This document shows, one piece after another, positions 10,152 to 20,450 of a stretch of DNA of 64,000 nt. This DNA is from Candidatus Aenigmatarchaeota archaeon (GTDB lineage: Archaea > Aenigmatarchaeota > Aenigmatarchaeia > CG10238-14 > SpSt-28). The translations under genes and the position numbers were made by a program. The stretch's first letter is position 1. The number at the start of each line of letters is the position of its first letter. The notes beneath the pieces are model-generated. The model saw nothing but the letters and a program-made list of their open reading frames with translations, was not told where the DNA came from and searched no databases. The DNA lies in contig JAWBAK010000001.1 of NCBI GenBank assembly GCA_038997165.1, forward strand, positions 192,001 through 256,000, written 5' to 3'.

Positions 10152-11078
10152 CTATAATATTAATTCAACTTTTGCTAAACAATTTGGACATCTATATGAA
10201 GTATTTAAATTTATTGTTTTGTTTTCCCTATCAACTATAACACTTTTACAATTATAACATAAAACATTTTTTTCATCATTTATATAGACAAATCTTAAAC
10301 CTGTTCTTTCTGCCAAATCTTTTAATTCTAATAGTTCGTATATATTTTCATTATTTGGATAATAAATGTGAAACGGAATGGAAGAAGAAAGATCATTAAT
10401 TATAAATTCGCTAAATTCTAATAATTTCTCTTTTTTATATTCTTCATTAATTATATTTAATATTTCCATATGAAGTTTTTGCCTATAAAGATATAAGATT
10501 GTTTTTTTTAAAGTTTTAGTATCTTCTAAGCCTATTTTTTTATAGAAATCTTCATCTAAAAAATTATAAATTCTTAACTGAACTGCAGAAAAATATTTTC
10601 TAAAAAGTTTTGAAAGAATTGGTAAAAAATATGCATTAGTTGAAAAAATGTTTATTAAACCAGCTCTAAAAGCATATTTTGCAATTTTATACATAGTTTC
10701 AAAAAAAATTATTGGTTCTTGTTGATAAAAAAACAATATTTTATAATTCTTCTGTTTTATTTCATCAATAAATTTTTCTATTTCAATTTTTTTTAACTCA
10801 TTTTCAGTTATTTCTATGCTACAAAAATTACAATTGGTGCCAATAGAATTTATAACTAAAACCTTATTAAAAGGTTTGAAATGAAGAAAATGTAAGTTTT
10901 CTATTTCATCTTCAAAATATTTTATTTTCATATAATTTGTTACTATTAAAATATCTCCTTTTCTTTTTCTAACTTTGCAAAATCCGTTAGGATTTTTTTT
11001 AGTTATTAAACATTTTTTCAAGCATAATTTACATCTTATATTTTCTTGTGCCTCTATACTCCATAAAAACGCTCTCAT
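10152..11078 (-). CDS. Degenerate AmmeMemoRadiSam-type radical SAM protein
   Basis: N-terminal CKLCLKKC...GFCKVR and C-terminal CYNC...CPNC. The SAM cluster motif is reduced to GTNCNFC and GGEP has become QQEP. Confidence 0.7.
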   Translation of the reverse strand: MRAFLWSIEAQENIRCKLCLKKCLITKKNPNGFCKVRKRKGDILIVTNYMKIKYFEDEIENLHFLHFKPFNKVLVINSIGTNCNFCSIEITENELKKIEIEKFIDEIKQKNYKILFFYQQEPIIFFETMYKIAKYAFRAGLINIFSTNAYFLPILSKLFRKYFSAVQLRIYNFLDEDFYKKIGLEDTKTLKKTILYLYRQKLHMEILNIINEEYKKEKLLEFSEFIINDLSSSIPFHIYYPNNENIYELLELKDLAERTGLRFVYINDEKNVLCYNCKSVIVDRENKTINLNTSYRCPNCLAKVELIL

Positions 11079-11109
11079 AATATTTAATTACTTTGTTGAA
11101 ATAAATAAT

Positions 11110-11832
11110 TCAGAAAATTTTTCTAGCAATAATTAGAAATCCTGTATGAAGTATTCCTAAAGTCTTTGGTCTAAAATAAAATTCTACTTGCCATTCTCTT
11201 ATTATATTTTCAACTATGTTTATTTGAAAATTATACTTCTTTATTTCTTCAACATTTCTAACTAAACTATTTATAGTAGGATTAAAAATTGCTAAATATG
11301 CGCCATTTTTTAATAAATTAAAAGCATGCTTAATAAATTCATTTGAATTTTCAAAATCTAAAAATATTAGATCAAATTTTAAATTTTTCACATATTTTTC
11401 ATAATTAAATATATCATCATTTATTACCTCTATATACTCTTCTAAATTAGCTTTTTTTATATTTTCTTTAGCTATAGGATAAAATCTAGGATCTTTTTCA
11501 AATGAATATATTTTACAAGGTTTTAAATACCAAGCTAATTGTATTGAGAGAAATGCATTTCCTGTACCACCTTCTAATATTAAAGAATTTTGTTTTATTC
11601 CTGTATATGCCAATAAAAGCATAGCATCTTTTGGTAAAATTGCTTGAGGTCCTCTCTTTAACTTAGATAATATGTCTAATAAATTGGGTTCACAAATAGA
11701 AAATTTTTTTCCTAAATGAGATTCTAAAATTTCTTTTCCTTCTTCTATTTTTATAATTCCGTCTTTAGTATTAATTTCTTTTATATTATCCTCTATTACA
11801 TATTTTGAATCTTTAGATAACAAAACTTTCAT
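11110..11832 (-). CDS. trmI: tRNA (adenine-N1)-methyltransferase
   Basis: KRGPQAILPKD, LEGGTG, IFLD, RPKT and HTGFL motifs. Confidence 0.92.
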   Translation of the reverse strand: MKVLLSKDSKYVIEDNIKEINTKDGIIKIEEGKEILESHLGKKFSICEPNLLDILSKLKRGPQAILPKDAMLLLAYTGIKQNSLILEGGTGNAFLSIQLAWYLKPCKIYSFEKDPRFYPIAKENIKKANLEEYIEVINDDIFNYEKYVKNLKFDLIFLDFENSNEFIKHAFNLLKNGAYLAIFNPTINSLVRNVEEIKKYNFQINIVENIIREWQVEFYFRPKTLGILHTGFLIIARKIF

Positions 11833-11867
11833 AATTTGTATTTAAGTAGAAAACTAAGAATTTTTTA

Positions 11868-12266
11868 TTAAACTCTTCTTCCTCTTCTAGAACCTCTTCT
11901 CATATATCCATGGGGTATTGGTGTGACATCTTCGATCATTCCAATTTTTAATCCAGCCTTAATTAACGCTCTTAATGCCGCTTGCGCTCCCATTCCTGGT
12001 AGTTTAGATTTTATTCCTCCAGGACCTCTAATTCTTACGTGTACATATGTAACTCCTTTTGATATAGCCTCTTCTGCAGCTTTTTTTGCAGCTAACATAG
12101 CAGGATATGGTTTTCCACCTTCTCTATCTTTATCTGTCATCATTCCGCTAGAATATCTGGCAAAAGTATACGTACCAGTTAAATCTGTTATATGAACTAT
12201 AGTTGAATTTTTACTACTAAATATATGTGCTACACCAATTATTCCCTTTTTATCTGTTTTTTCCAT
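11868..12266 (-). CDS. rps11: 30S ribosomal protein uS11
   Basis: [27 protein letters not shown] and IEDVTPIPH. Confidence 0.98.
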   Translation of the reverse strand: MEKTDKKGIIGVAHIFSSKNSTIVHITDLTGTYTFARYSSGMMTDKDREGGKPYPAMLAAKKAAEEAISKGVTYVHVRIRGPGGIKSKLPGMGAQAALRALIKAGLKIGMIEDVTPIPHGYMRRGSRRGRRV

Positions 12267-12303
12267 TAAAATTATTTTTTATTAATATTAATTTAAATTT
12301 AGT

Positions 12304-13380
12304 ATGTATAATAGTTCTTTTAATTTAAATAACAAACTAAAATCAATAAAAAATGAATTCTATAAAGATTTAAGAAAAATTAAAATTGATGGTTTCTCTA
12401 ACATTAAAGAAGTTTCAGATATTTGCTTTCAAACAACAAAAATAGCAAAAGATTTTATAAAATCTTTTCATAAAAATACTATTGTATTTCCAGGAGCAGT
12501 CAAACCCATATATAATTTTTTAAAGTATAGTTGGATTTTAAACTTACTCGCTTTTAAATCAAAATATATTAAAAATTTTGAACATATAAGATCAAATATT
12601 ATACTTTATTGTATTCTAATGAAATATTACAATAAAAATTCTTTTCATGAATTATTAAAACATCTTGAAAACAAATCAAAAAGAAAAATTAGAGAATTTA
12701 AATTTCCAATACCAAGATATGTACAACATTATAATAGTTGTGGTGTTGTTTGTATGCTAAATGCTATAAAAGTTTATTTGCCTTTCATAAAATTAAATAA
12801 AAATTTAGAAAAAGAATTGTTAAGTAGAGTAATTTACAAAGATTATCCAGGAAATTTAGCTCCATTAATAGCAAAAACTAGTAAAGAAATTTTTGGAATA
12901 GAAGCAAAGGTTTTTATTGATATGAAATCATATTTATCAAAAATAGATGAAATTAAAAATTTTACTAAAACGTTTTATTCTGGAAATATTTCAGAAATAA
13001 TTACTTTCTTTTTAGAAAAAATTAAAGAGATAGAATATGAAGAAAGAGAAAAATTTACTTTCAATGAAATAAAAAAATTGATAAATAATGGTTGCATGAT
13101 TTCTTTTGTGAAAGAAGTTAATGAAACACTTCACTATAATTTAATTTTTGGTTATAAAAATAACAAAATTCTTGTTTTTGATCCATTGGGTTTTACTTAT
13201 GAAGTTAGTAAAAATGAAATAAATAATACAATAAGAAATAGAATTAGCTTGTGGGGATGTATATTTTATTCTCCTCTTAAAAAAATATTGGAGAAAATGA
13301 ATAAAACTACGAAAAAAATAGCAACGCTTGTAAAAAATTTAGAAAATATTAATTTAAATAATTTTTCTCAAAATCTATGA
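12304..13380 (+). CDS. Papain-like C39-family peptidase domain protein
   Basis: Q-x3-SCG ([12 protein letters not shown]) and HYNLIFGY...ILVFDP give a Q/C/H/D catalytic set. Confidence 0.75.
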   Translation: MYNSSFNLNNKLKSIKNEFYKDLRKIKIDGFSNIKEVSDICFQTTKIAKDFIKSFHKNTIVFPGAVKPIYNFLKYSWILNLLAFKSKYIKNFEHIRSNIILYCILMKYYNKNSFHELLKHLENKSKRKIREFKFPIPRYVQHYNSCGVVCMLNAIKVYLPFIKLNKNLEKELLSRVIYKDYPGNLAPLIAKTSKEIFGIEAKVFIDMKSYLSKIDEIKNFTKTFYSGNISEIITFFLEKIKEIEYEEREKFTFNEIKKLINNGCMISFVKEVNETLHYNLIFGYKNNKILVFDPLGFTYEVSKNEINNTIRNRISLWGCIFYSPLKKILEKMNKTTKKIATLVKNLENINLNNFSQNL

Positions 13381-13866
13381 TTTGTCACTAATAGATTTTA
13401 GACCTATCTTATTCGGATCCAATAATAAAGATATTTTATCCTCTTCTTCTTTTTTAACTAAATAAGATGGAAATGTTACTCTTCTATTATTAATTGCTAT
13501 ATGACCATGAACTATTAGTTGTCTTGCTTGTTTAATTGTATTTGCTAAACCTTTTTTATAAACTATTGTTTGTAATCTTCTTTCTAAAATATGTTCTGCA
13601 GTTAAATTTAATAAGTCATCTAGTTTTGTAGCATCTATAAAACCATACTTTCTAATTTTTTCTAAAATCTTTCTCTCTTCATCTTTATTTGGTTTTGCAA
13701 TTAATTTTCTTGCTATTCTTCTATATTTTCTCGCTATACTTTCAGCTTTCCAAACTTCTTTTTTTCTCCTTAATCCATATCTTTTCATTAATTCCTTTTC
13801 CCTTTCTATTCTGGCTTTATCCCATCTTTTTAATGGCTTTTCATATTTTCTTCTTAATCTTCTCAT
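13375..13866 (-). CDS. rps4: 30S ribosomal protein uS4
   Basis: [17 protein letters not shown] and [11 protein letters not shown]. Confidence 0.98.
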   Translation of the reverse strand: MRRLRRKYEKPLKRWDKARIEREKELMKRYGLRRKKEVWKAESIARKYRRIARKLIAKPNKDEERKILEKIRKYGFIDATKLDDLLNLTAEHILERRLQTIVYKKGLANTIKQARQLIVHGHIAINNRRVTFPSYLVKKEEEDKISLLLDPNKIGLKSISDKS

Positions 13867-13874
13867 TTTTTATC

Positions 13875-14462
13875 TTATTTTTTTGATTGTTGTGCCTTCG
13901 CTTCTTTACTTCTTATAACACCAACAGTTTGACCTTTTCTAAAATGACTTCTAGTTCTTTGTCCCCTTACAGGTTGACCTAATTTATGCCTCCATCCCCT
14001 ATATGTTCCTAATTCTATTTCTCTTTTAATATCAAATTGCATTTTAATTTTTACATCATCACCAACAATATGATAATCTTTTCCATCATATATATCTTTT
14101 CTTCTATTATATAACCAACTTGGAATATTATATTTTTGTGGATTTCTAATTATATCTTCTAATATTTGAATTTGTTCTTCATTTAAATTTCCAATTAAAA
14201 ATTCTCTATCTATTCCTGTAACCTCTTTAAAGACTTTACAAACAGCGTTACCATAAGAAAAACTTACTCCCTTTATTTTCCATATAGCTCTTCTTATTGG
14301 TAGTGTACCATCAATATCTGTATCTATTAATCTAATAACGGGCCTTTCTACTTTTATCTCTTTTTCCTTTTTCTTTTTAACTTTAATTTCTTCTATTTCT
14401 TTTTTTTCCTCCTTTCTACTAATTGTTTCTTTTTCCTTTAATTTTAAAACTCTAGTTCCCAT
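13875..14462 (-). CDS. rps13: 30S ribosomal protein uS13 with charged N-terminal extension
   Basis: IPSWLYNRRKD and YRGWRHKLGQPVRGQRT. Probable ATG at 14462. Confidence 0.97.
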   Translation of the reverse strand: MGTRVLKLKEKETISRKEEKKEIEEIKVKKKKEKEIKVERPVIRLIDTDIDGTLPIRRAIWKIKGVSFSYGNAVCKVFKEVTGIDREFLIGNLNEEQIQILEDIIRNPQKYNIPSWLYNRRKDIYDGKDYHIVGDDVKIKMQFDIKREIELGTYRGWRHKLGQPVRGQRTRSHFRKGQTVGVIRSKEAKAQQSKK

Positions 14463-14510
14463 AATATTCTTCAAAATTTATATAAATTTGGTATATTTCT
14501 ATTAAATTTA

Positions 14511-15173
14511 ATGAAAAAAGGTGATGTAGTATACATAGATTATGTTGGAAGAATAAAAGATACTAACGAAATTTTTGATCTAACTATAGAAGAAATTGCT
14601 AAAAAAGAAGGAATATATAATCCAAATTATACTTATAAACCAATTCCTATAGTTGTTGGTTTTGGTTTTGTAATAAAAGGTTTAGATGAGGAAATTGAAA
14701 AAATGAATGAAGGAGAGGAAAAGATAGTTGAAATTCCACCAGAAAAGGCATTTGGAAAAAGAGATGAAAATTTAGTAAAAACTTTTAATCTTTCAGATTT
14801 TAAAAAACAAGATGTTGAATTAAAAGTTGGAGAATTTGTAAATATAAATGGTATTTTAGGAAAAGTTTTAAGTATAAGTGGTGGAAGAGTTATAATAGAT
14901 TTTAATCATCCTTTAGCTGGAAAAACCCTAGTTTATAATATAAAAATTTTGAAAAAAGTTGAGAATGAATTAGATAAAGTTAGAGCTGTTCTAGAGTTTT
15001 TTGTGAAAAAAGTTGAGAATTTTGAAGTTAAAGAAGATTTAGATAGCGATGCAATAATAATAGTTGATAAAGAAAAAAATTTAACTCCAGAACAAAAAAA
15101 GACCTTATTTAATATAATTTCGAAAATAATTAATAGAAAAAGAGTTATCTTTATGGATATTTTTGAAAAATAA
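14511..15173 (+). CDS. slyD: FKBP-type peptidyl-prolyl isomerase (SlyD-like)
   Basis: IPPEKAFG and IDFNHPLAGKTL. Confidence 0.95.
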   Translation: MKKGDVVYIDYVGRIKDTNEIFDLTIEEIAKKEGIYNPNYTYKPIPIVVGFGFVIKGLDEEIEKMNEGEEKIVEIPPEKAFGKRDENLVKTFNLSDFKKQDVELKVGEFVNINGILGKVLSISGGRVIIDFNHPLAGKTLVYNIKILKKVENELDKVRAVLEFFVKKVENFEVKEDLDSDAIIIVDKEKNLTPEQKKTLFNIISKIINRKRVIFMDIFEK

Positions 15174-15198
15174 AAAAGATAAAAAAAGAAAATTTAGT

Positions 15199-15663
15199 TT
15201 ACCTACTTTCTGATATCTTTATTTCTTTAACTTTACTAAAAGGAATTTGACAATTACCTAAAGGTTGAACTGTTACTTTTACTATGGATTCACTTCCACT
15301 AAAATATTGATTAATATTATCTATAGTATGTTCTAAAAATCCTCCTGGAAGTAATGAAGATGTAGTATTTGTAAATAATTTAATTGTTCCTTTATTATCC
15401 TCTACCCTAATAGAAAAATTCCCTTTTAATTCTACTTTACCTGTATTTACTGCTATTATTTTAAGTTTATTGTCCTCAATATAATAATCTACATCCATTT
15501 TTGCTCCTAAACATTCTGTTATTTGTTGTTGAGTTGTTTCTACAGTTCCCGTAAGACCTCCTAGATATCCTGAAAAATAGAGATAAACACCAAGACCAAT
15601 TCCTACTGTTAAAAGAAGTATGATTATTGTTGCAACATATGCTGATATTACCTTATGTCTCAT
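15199..15663 (-). CDS. Archaeal type IV pilin-like protein
   Basis: Class III signal-peptide-like N-terminus MRHKV|ISAYVATIIILLLTV; Ig-like NTG motif; two Cys. Confidence 0.75.
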   Translation of the reverse strand: MRHKVISAYVATIIILLLTVGIGLGVYLYFSGYLGGLTGTVETTQQQITECLGAKMDVDYYIEDNKLKIIAVNTGKVELKGNFSIRVEDNKGTIKLFTNTTSSLLPGGFLEHTIDNINQYFSGSESIVKVTVQPLGNCQIPFSKVKEIKISESR

Positions 15664-15666
15664 AAA

Positions 15667-16041
15667 TTATTTTATTTGTAGAAAATTTATTCTTTTAACT
15701 TTTTTAATACTTCCGCTTACTTTTAGTAATTTTAAAATACATTTTTTATTATTAATTTCGTTAATTTTTCCTAACGCAAAATAAACAAAATGTTTAGACA
15801 TATGATTGCACTTAACTACAATTGTTTTTTCTTTTTCATCAAAAGTATCTTTAATTATCTTAAACGAAAGTAAAAAACTTAATTTACCAAAAGTATTCAA
15901 AATACTATTCCAAAATTCCCTCTCAATTTCTTTATAATCTAATTTTTCTTCACAAATTATTTTAATTAATAAATATCTCTTTCTTTCTCTTAAAGTTGGT
16001 AAGAGTGCTTTTAATCTTTTAATTTTTCTATAACTTGTCAT
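15667..16041 (-). CDS. pop5: RNase P protein Pop5/Rpp14
   Basis: LPTLRERKRYL and KVSGSIKK. Probable ATG at 16041. Confidence 0.92.
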   Translation of the reverse strand: MTSYRKIKRLKALLPTLRERKRYLLIKIICEEKLDYKEIEREFWNSILNTFGKLSFLLSFKIIKDTFDEKEKTIVVKCNHMSKHFVYFALGKINEINNKKCILKLLKVSGSIKKVKRINFLQIK

Positions 16042-16727
16042 ATTAATTCTACTCCTGGCATTATCCATTTATTACTCCTTTTTTTCTTGCTTTCTATTAG
16101 TATTTTTTCTATTCTCTTCCAATTTTCTTTTATTTCATTTTCTTCGAAGCCCAAAATATACTTAAATGCCTCGAAAAACTTAAAATCTTTAACATCATAT
16201 TTTTCCTTTGCAAAGCTAGCAACAAAAAAAGCAACTTTATATTTTCTACATAATTTAGCTATTTCCAAAATTTTTTGATATTCCTTATTTTCTTCATATA
16301 AATTTTCGAATTTTAAAGAAGAAAAGTCAATAACTATTCCTGTATCATTTATTGCTGCTTTTTTAGCAAATATATGGTTAATACCAATATCATCTCTATT
16401 TTCAAATGGATTAATTAAAAAATCTGAAAAGACATTTTGAACAGCTTCTCTATTTAATTTCAAATTTCCACCTCTAACCAAAAGAATATCAAATTTTTTT
16501 CTTTTATTTACATTCATACGGATCAAATCCTTATAATTTTTTTCAGTAAAAATTAAACCGCTAAAAGTTTCTAAATTCGTATTTATCTTTTTTATCATAT
16601 TGTCGAACTCTTCAACGTTTTTTATTTTACTAAATTCCTCAACTATAATCACTTTTTTATAGTCTAATATTTCTAGTGTTTTTAATATTTCGACTATATT
16701 ATCTGAATAATAAACTATATCTATCAT
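16038..16727 (-). CDS. rpp30: RNase P protein Rpp30
   Basis: VRGGNLKLNREAV, GINHIFAKKA and C-terminal IMPGVELI; adjacent to pop5. Confidence 0.9.
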   Translation of the reverse strand: MIDIVYYSDNIVEILKTLEILDYKKVIIVEEFSKIKNVEEFDNMIKKINTNLETFSGLIFTEKNYKDLIRMNVNKRKKFDILLVRGGNLKLNREAVQNVFSDFLINPFENRDDIGINHIFAKKAAINDTGIVIDFSSLKFENLYEENKEYQKILEIAKLCRKYKVAFFVASFAKEKYDVKDFKFFEAFKYILGFEENEIKENWKRIEKILIESKKKRSNKWIMPGVELI

Positions 16728-17630
16728 TTAACAAAATACTTGAGTGACATAAATTTTACCATCATTAGTTATAAAAACTCCTATCCCTTCATTTTTCCAA
16801 TGCTCAAATAAAATATTTCTTCTATGTCCCTCACTATTATACCAGCTATTACTAACTTCGTAAGCAAATTCTTCTAAACTATAGAATTCGTAAGAAATTA
16901 TTTTTCCAGAAATTTTCTCATATATATAACTTTTGTAAATATATCCTAGAAATAAGTTTTCTGCGCCTTCATAAACATAATTTCCAGCTAAAATTTTACA
17001 TTCATAATTAAATTTTTTAAATCTATCTGCTAAAGTTTCTCCATTAATACTAACATGATCAAAATAATTCTTTTCTGCCATGTCTTTACTATGATATCTA
17101 GCTATTTCTCTCAATTTTTCATCAAAATTTAAAATAGTTAAGTTATAATCTGCTCTTATTTTATTTACATATTCATGAATTTTTAACTCTAAATATTCAA
17201 TACTCTGATTAAATTCTTTCAATTTTTCGTAAAAAACTTCTTCTGTTGTTTTATATCTCTGATAAATTAATGGATTTGATAATAAATTTATAATTTTAAT
17301 TTCTCCCTTAGAAAGTTTTTCAGAAAAACCATTTATACCTAAAACAAAGTCTAATTTTTTAAAATTTTCATAAGATGAAAAGAAATAAGTAAAAAATATT
17401 ATAAAAATTAAAAATAGAAAAAATTTTGTAGGAAAAAAATCTCTTAATTTTTTTTCAAAATAAACCCAAAATATATAAATTATAGAAAAAATTATCGACC
17501 TTAAAAATATTTGAAAATAGTTAATTGAATTAATTAAAAAACTTAAAATTAATAAAAATGAAAAAATTATAAATAAAAATTGAAAAAAATTATAAACTAT
17601 TTTTTTATTTATTTTTATATTTTTTTTCAT
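16728..17630 (-). CDS. Membrane-anchored CAP/SCP domain protein
   Basis: Three N-terminal TMs; VNKIR, ARYHSKDMA, AEN and WYNSEGHRRNIL. Confidence 0.9.
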   Translation of the reverse strand: MKKNIKINKKIVYNFFQFLFIIFSFLLILSFLINSINYFQIFLRSIIFSIIYIFWVYFEKKLRDFFPTKFFLFLIFIIFFTYFFSSYENFKKLDFVLGINGFSEKLSKGEIKIINLLSNPLIYQRYKTTEEVFYEKLKEFNQSIEYLELKIHEYVNKIRADYNLTILNFDEKLREIARYHSKDMAEKNYFDHVSINGETLADRFKKFNYECKILAGNYVYEGAENLFLGYIYKSYIYEKISGKIISYEFYSLEEFAYEVSNSWYNSEGHRRNILFEHWKNEGIGVFITNDGKIYVTQVFC

Positions 17631-17638
17631 AAAAATAT

Positions 17639-18166
17639 TTAAGCTCTTAAACCTCTTGCTTTTTTACCAGCGCTAGTTAATCCTCTAAATACTCTTCTTC
17701 TATGTTGTTTTTCACAAATCCAATTAATGTTTTTATCTGATTTAATTACAGGATGATATTTATCTACCATTATTACTTCATACCATTTATACATTCCATC
17801 TTCAGCAACATAATAACTATTTAAAACTTCTAAGTTTGGAAATTTTCTTTGAGCTTTTTCTTCAGCAATCCATCTTAGAGATTTTCTTGGTGTAAAATGT
17901 CTAATTCCTGCGCTACTTGGTTTTTTTCCAAAAATCCAAAGATATGCTCTTCTACTTCTTCCACCCTTTTTAACTCTAACTCTAACAATTACAAAACCTT
18001 GCTTAGCTTTATATCCTAATGCTCTTGCTCTATCTAATCTTGTTGGTTTATCGATTCTAACTATACTTGGCTCTTTTCTCCATTTTTTTAATCTTTCTTT
18101 AAATAATTCTTTCCTTAATTCTTTGTTTTTCCAAGTTTCCCTTAATGCTTTGTAGAGATTTAACAT
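17639..18166 (-). CDS. rpl15e: 50S ribosomal protein eL15
   Basis: [25 protein letters not shown] and [13 protein letters not shown]. Confidence 0.98.
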   Translation of the reverse strand: MLNLYKALRETWKNKELRKELFKERLKKWRKEPSIVRIDKPTRLDRARALGYKAKQGFVIVRVRVKKGGRSRRAYLWIFGKKPSSAGIRHFTPRKSLRWIAEEKAQRKFPNLEVLNSYYVAEDGMYKWYEVIMVDKYHPVIKSDKNINWICEKQHRRRVFRGLTSAGKKARGLRA

Positions 18167-18209
18167 AAGATATTTTAAAGTTTTAAATATTTATCTTTGC
18201 ATCTATTTT

Positions 18210-19295
18210 ATGGCAATAAAACAACTATCAACAGAAGTAAAATTTTCCGAAGTAGATGAAGAATTAAGAAAAATTGTAGAAAAAAGAAAAACACAAATAA
18301 AAGTAGTTGGATGTGGAGGTGCTGGAAATAATACTATTTCTAGACTAATGCAAGTTGGTATAGTTGGTGCGCAAACAATAGCAGTAAATACAGATGCGAT
18401 GGATTTATTGTATACAGATGCCGATATAAAAATTCTTATTGGTAAAGAAATTACCGGCGGTTTAGGTGCTGGTGCAGATCCTAGAGTTGGAATGGAAGCA
18501 GCAAAAGAAAGTAAAGAAGAAATTAAAGCAGCATTAAAAGGTGCAGATATGGTATTTATTACTGGTGGTTTGGGTGGTGGTACCGGAAGTGGAAGTGCTC
18601 CTATAATTGCTGAAATAGCTAAAAAGATGGATGCTTTAGTCATAGGAATATTTACATTACCATTTAAAATGGAAGGAAAACAAAGATGGGATAATGCAAT
18701 GTGGGCAGTAGATTTATTGAAAGATACAGTCGATACCCTAATTTTAATTCCTAACGATAAATTATTAGAATTATATCCAGATGTTTCAATTGCAACTGCT
18801 TTTAAAATTGCAGATGAACTATTAGTAAACGCTGTTAAAGGTATAACAGAAATGATTACAAAACCTGGATTAGTTAATAGAGATTTTGCTGATATAAAAG
18901 CTATAATGAAAGATGGTGGATTAGCATTAATAGGCATGGGAGAAAGCGACAGCGAAAATAGAGCTGTAGAAAGTGTTCAAAGAGCAATAAATAATCCGTT
19001 ATTAAGTGTTGATATTTCAAATGCTAAAGGTGCTTTAGTATCGATTTTTAGCGGACCAGATATAACTCTAAAAGAAGTTAATCAAATACTAGAAGTTATT
19101 AGAAGTAAATTAGATGAAAATGCAAAATTGCTTTGGGGTGTTCAAATTGATAAAAATTTAGCAGAAACTATTAGAACAATGATAATAGTAACTGGGGTTT
19201 CTTCTCCATTTATTTTAGGTCCAACAAAAGAAGAAAAAGAGAAAAAAAGATATAAAAAACCTATAGAAAAAGATTTGGGAATAGAATTTGTATAA
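18210..19295 (+). CDS. ftsZ: Cell division protein FtsZ
   Basis: GCGGAGNN, tubulin signature GGGTGSG and NRDFAD. Confidence 0.98.
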   Translation: MAIKQLSTEVKFSEVDEELRKIVEKRKTQIKVVGCGGAGNNTISRLMQVGIVGAQTIAVNTDAMDLLYTDADIKILIGKEITGGLGAGADPRVGMEAAKESKEEIKAALKGADMVFITGGLGGGTGSGSAPIIAEIAKKMDALVIGIFTLPFKMEGKQRWDNAMWAVDLLKDTVDTLILIPNDKLLELYPDVSIATAFKIADELLVNAVKGITEMITKPGLVNRDFADIKAIMKDGGLALIGMGESDSENRAVESVQRAINNPLLSVDISNAKGALVSIFSGPDITLKEVNQILEVIRSKLDENAKLLWGVQIDKNLAETIRTMIIVTGVSSPFILGPTKEEKEKKRYKKPIEKDLGIEFV

Positions 19296-19301
19296 TAAGC
19301 T

Positions 19302-19475
19302 ATGATTAAAAAAATTATTGAATTTTTTAAAAAAATTATTTATATAATTAAAATTGCGAAAAAACCTACTTATAGTGAAATAAAAAGTATTTTAAAATTT
19401 CTTTTCTTTTTAACAATTTTTATCGGAATTATTGGTTTTATTTTTTATCTTTTCGGATTATTATTTATTTCTTAA
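19302..19475 (+). CDS. secE: Protein translocase SecE/Sec61-gamma (57 aa, not in ORF track)
   Basis: MIKKIIEFFKKIIYIIKIAKKPTYSEIKSILKFLFFLTIFIGIIGFIF...; KP..E plus a TM with GxxG; conserved ftsZ-secE-spt5 position. Confidence 0.9.
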   Translation: MIKKIIEFFKKIIYIIKIAKKPTYSEIKSILKFLFFLTIFIGIIGFIFYLFGLLFIS

Positions 19476-19485
19476 GGATAATATT

Positions 19486-19932
19486 ATGCCAATATATGTT
19501 ATTAGAACTATCGGTGGAAAAGAGGAAACTTTAGTTGAAATGATAGGAAATAAGGCTATTGCTGAAAATTTACAAATATATTCAGTTTTTAAAATAGAGG
19601 AATTAAAAGGATATGTATTTATTGAAGGTGAAGAAGATGATGTAATGAAAATTATAAAAGAAGTTCCTCATGTAAGAAGAGTTTTACAAACTACTATAAG
19701 TTTGGATGAATTAAAAAAGTATATAAAAATAGAAAAAGAAGAAAAAATAAAAATAGAAATTAATGATATTGTAGAAGTAATAGGTGGGCCTTTCAAAGGT
19801 TTAAAAGGTAGAGTTATAAAGATTGATGAAATAAAAAAAGAAGTTACAATAGAATTGCTCGATGTTACAGTAAGTTTACCAGTAACTATAAATGTAGAAT
19901 TAGTAAAATTAGTTGAAAAGAAAAGTCAATAA
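19486..19932 (+). CDS. spt5: Transcription elongation factor Spt5/NusG
   Basis: YVIRTIGGKE, LKGYVFIE and the KOW motif VEVIGGPFKG. ATG at 19486. Confidence 0.96.
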   Translation: MPIYVIRTIGGKEETLVEMIGNKAIAENLQIYSVFKIEELKGYVFIEGEEDDVMKIIKEVPHVRRVLQTTISLDELKKYIKIEKEEKIKIEINDIVEVIGGPFKGLKGRVIKIDEIKKEVTIELLDVTVSLPVTINVELVKLVEKKSQ

Positions 19933-19934
19933 TT

Positions 19935-20450
19935 ATGAATGAAGATAAAGAAATAATAGAATTTTTAGTAGAAGGGGGAAAAGCATCTCCAGGCCCAACT
20001 ACAGCTCCAAAATTATCTGCATATAAGTTAAATGTTGGAGAAATATTTTCAAAAATTAACCAACTAACAAAAGATTTTACTGGAATGGAAGTTCCAATAA
20101 AAATTATAATAGATAAACAAACAAAAAAGTATGAAATAGAAATAGGATTACCACCTACTGCAAGCTTACTAAAAAAAGAAGCTGGCATAGAAATTGCAAA
20201 AATAACAAAAGAAGAGGCTGAAAAAGGAAAAAAATATGTTGGAAATATTAGTTTTGAAAAAGTTCTTAAAGTTACAAAAATAAAAGAAAATGAATTAGAA
20301 GGAAATTCGATAAAATCGAAAATTAAACAAGTTGTAGGAACCTGTAAATCTTTGCACTTAACTATTGATGGAAAAGATCCGAAAGAAATAATAAAAGAAA
20401 TAGATGAAGGAAAATACGATGAAATAATAAATAAGTTTTTTAATCAATGA
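19935..20450 (+). CDS. rpl11: 50S ribosomal protein uL11
   Basis: VEGGKASPGP, PPTASLLKKE and VVGTCKS. Confidence 0.97.
   Translation: MNEDKEIIEFLVEGGKASPGPTTAPKLSAYKLNVGEIFSKINQLTKDFTGMEVPIKIIIDKQTKKYEIEIGLPPTASLLKKEAGIEIAKITKEEAEKGKKYVGNISFEKVLKVTKIKENELEGNSIKSKIKQVVGTCKSLHLTIDGKDPKEIIKEIDEGKYDEIINKFFNQ

Noticed and set aside
18203..18937. 244-aa minus-strand ORF and similar antisense ORFs (e.g. 8800..9228, 30541..31101, 41317..41694, 60315..60551)
   Set aside because: These lie antisense to well-conserved genes and have the Ser/Ile/Phe-rich composition typical of shadow frames.
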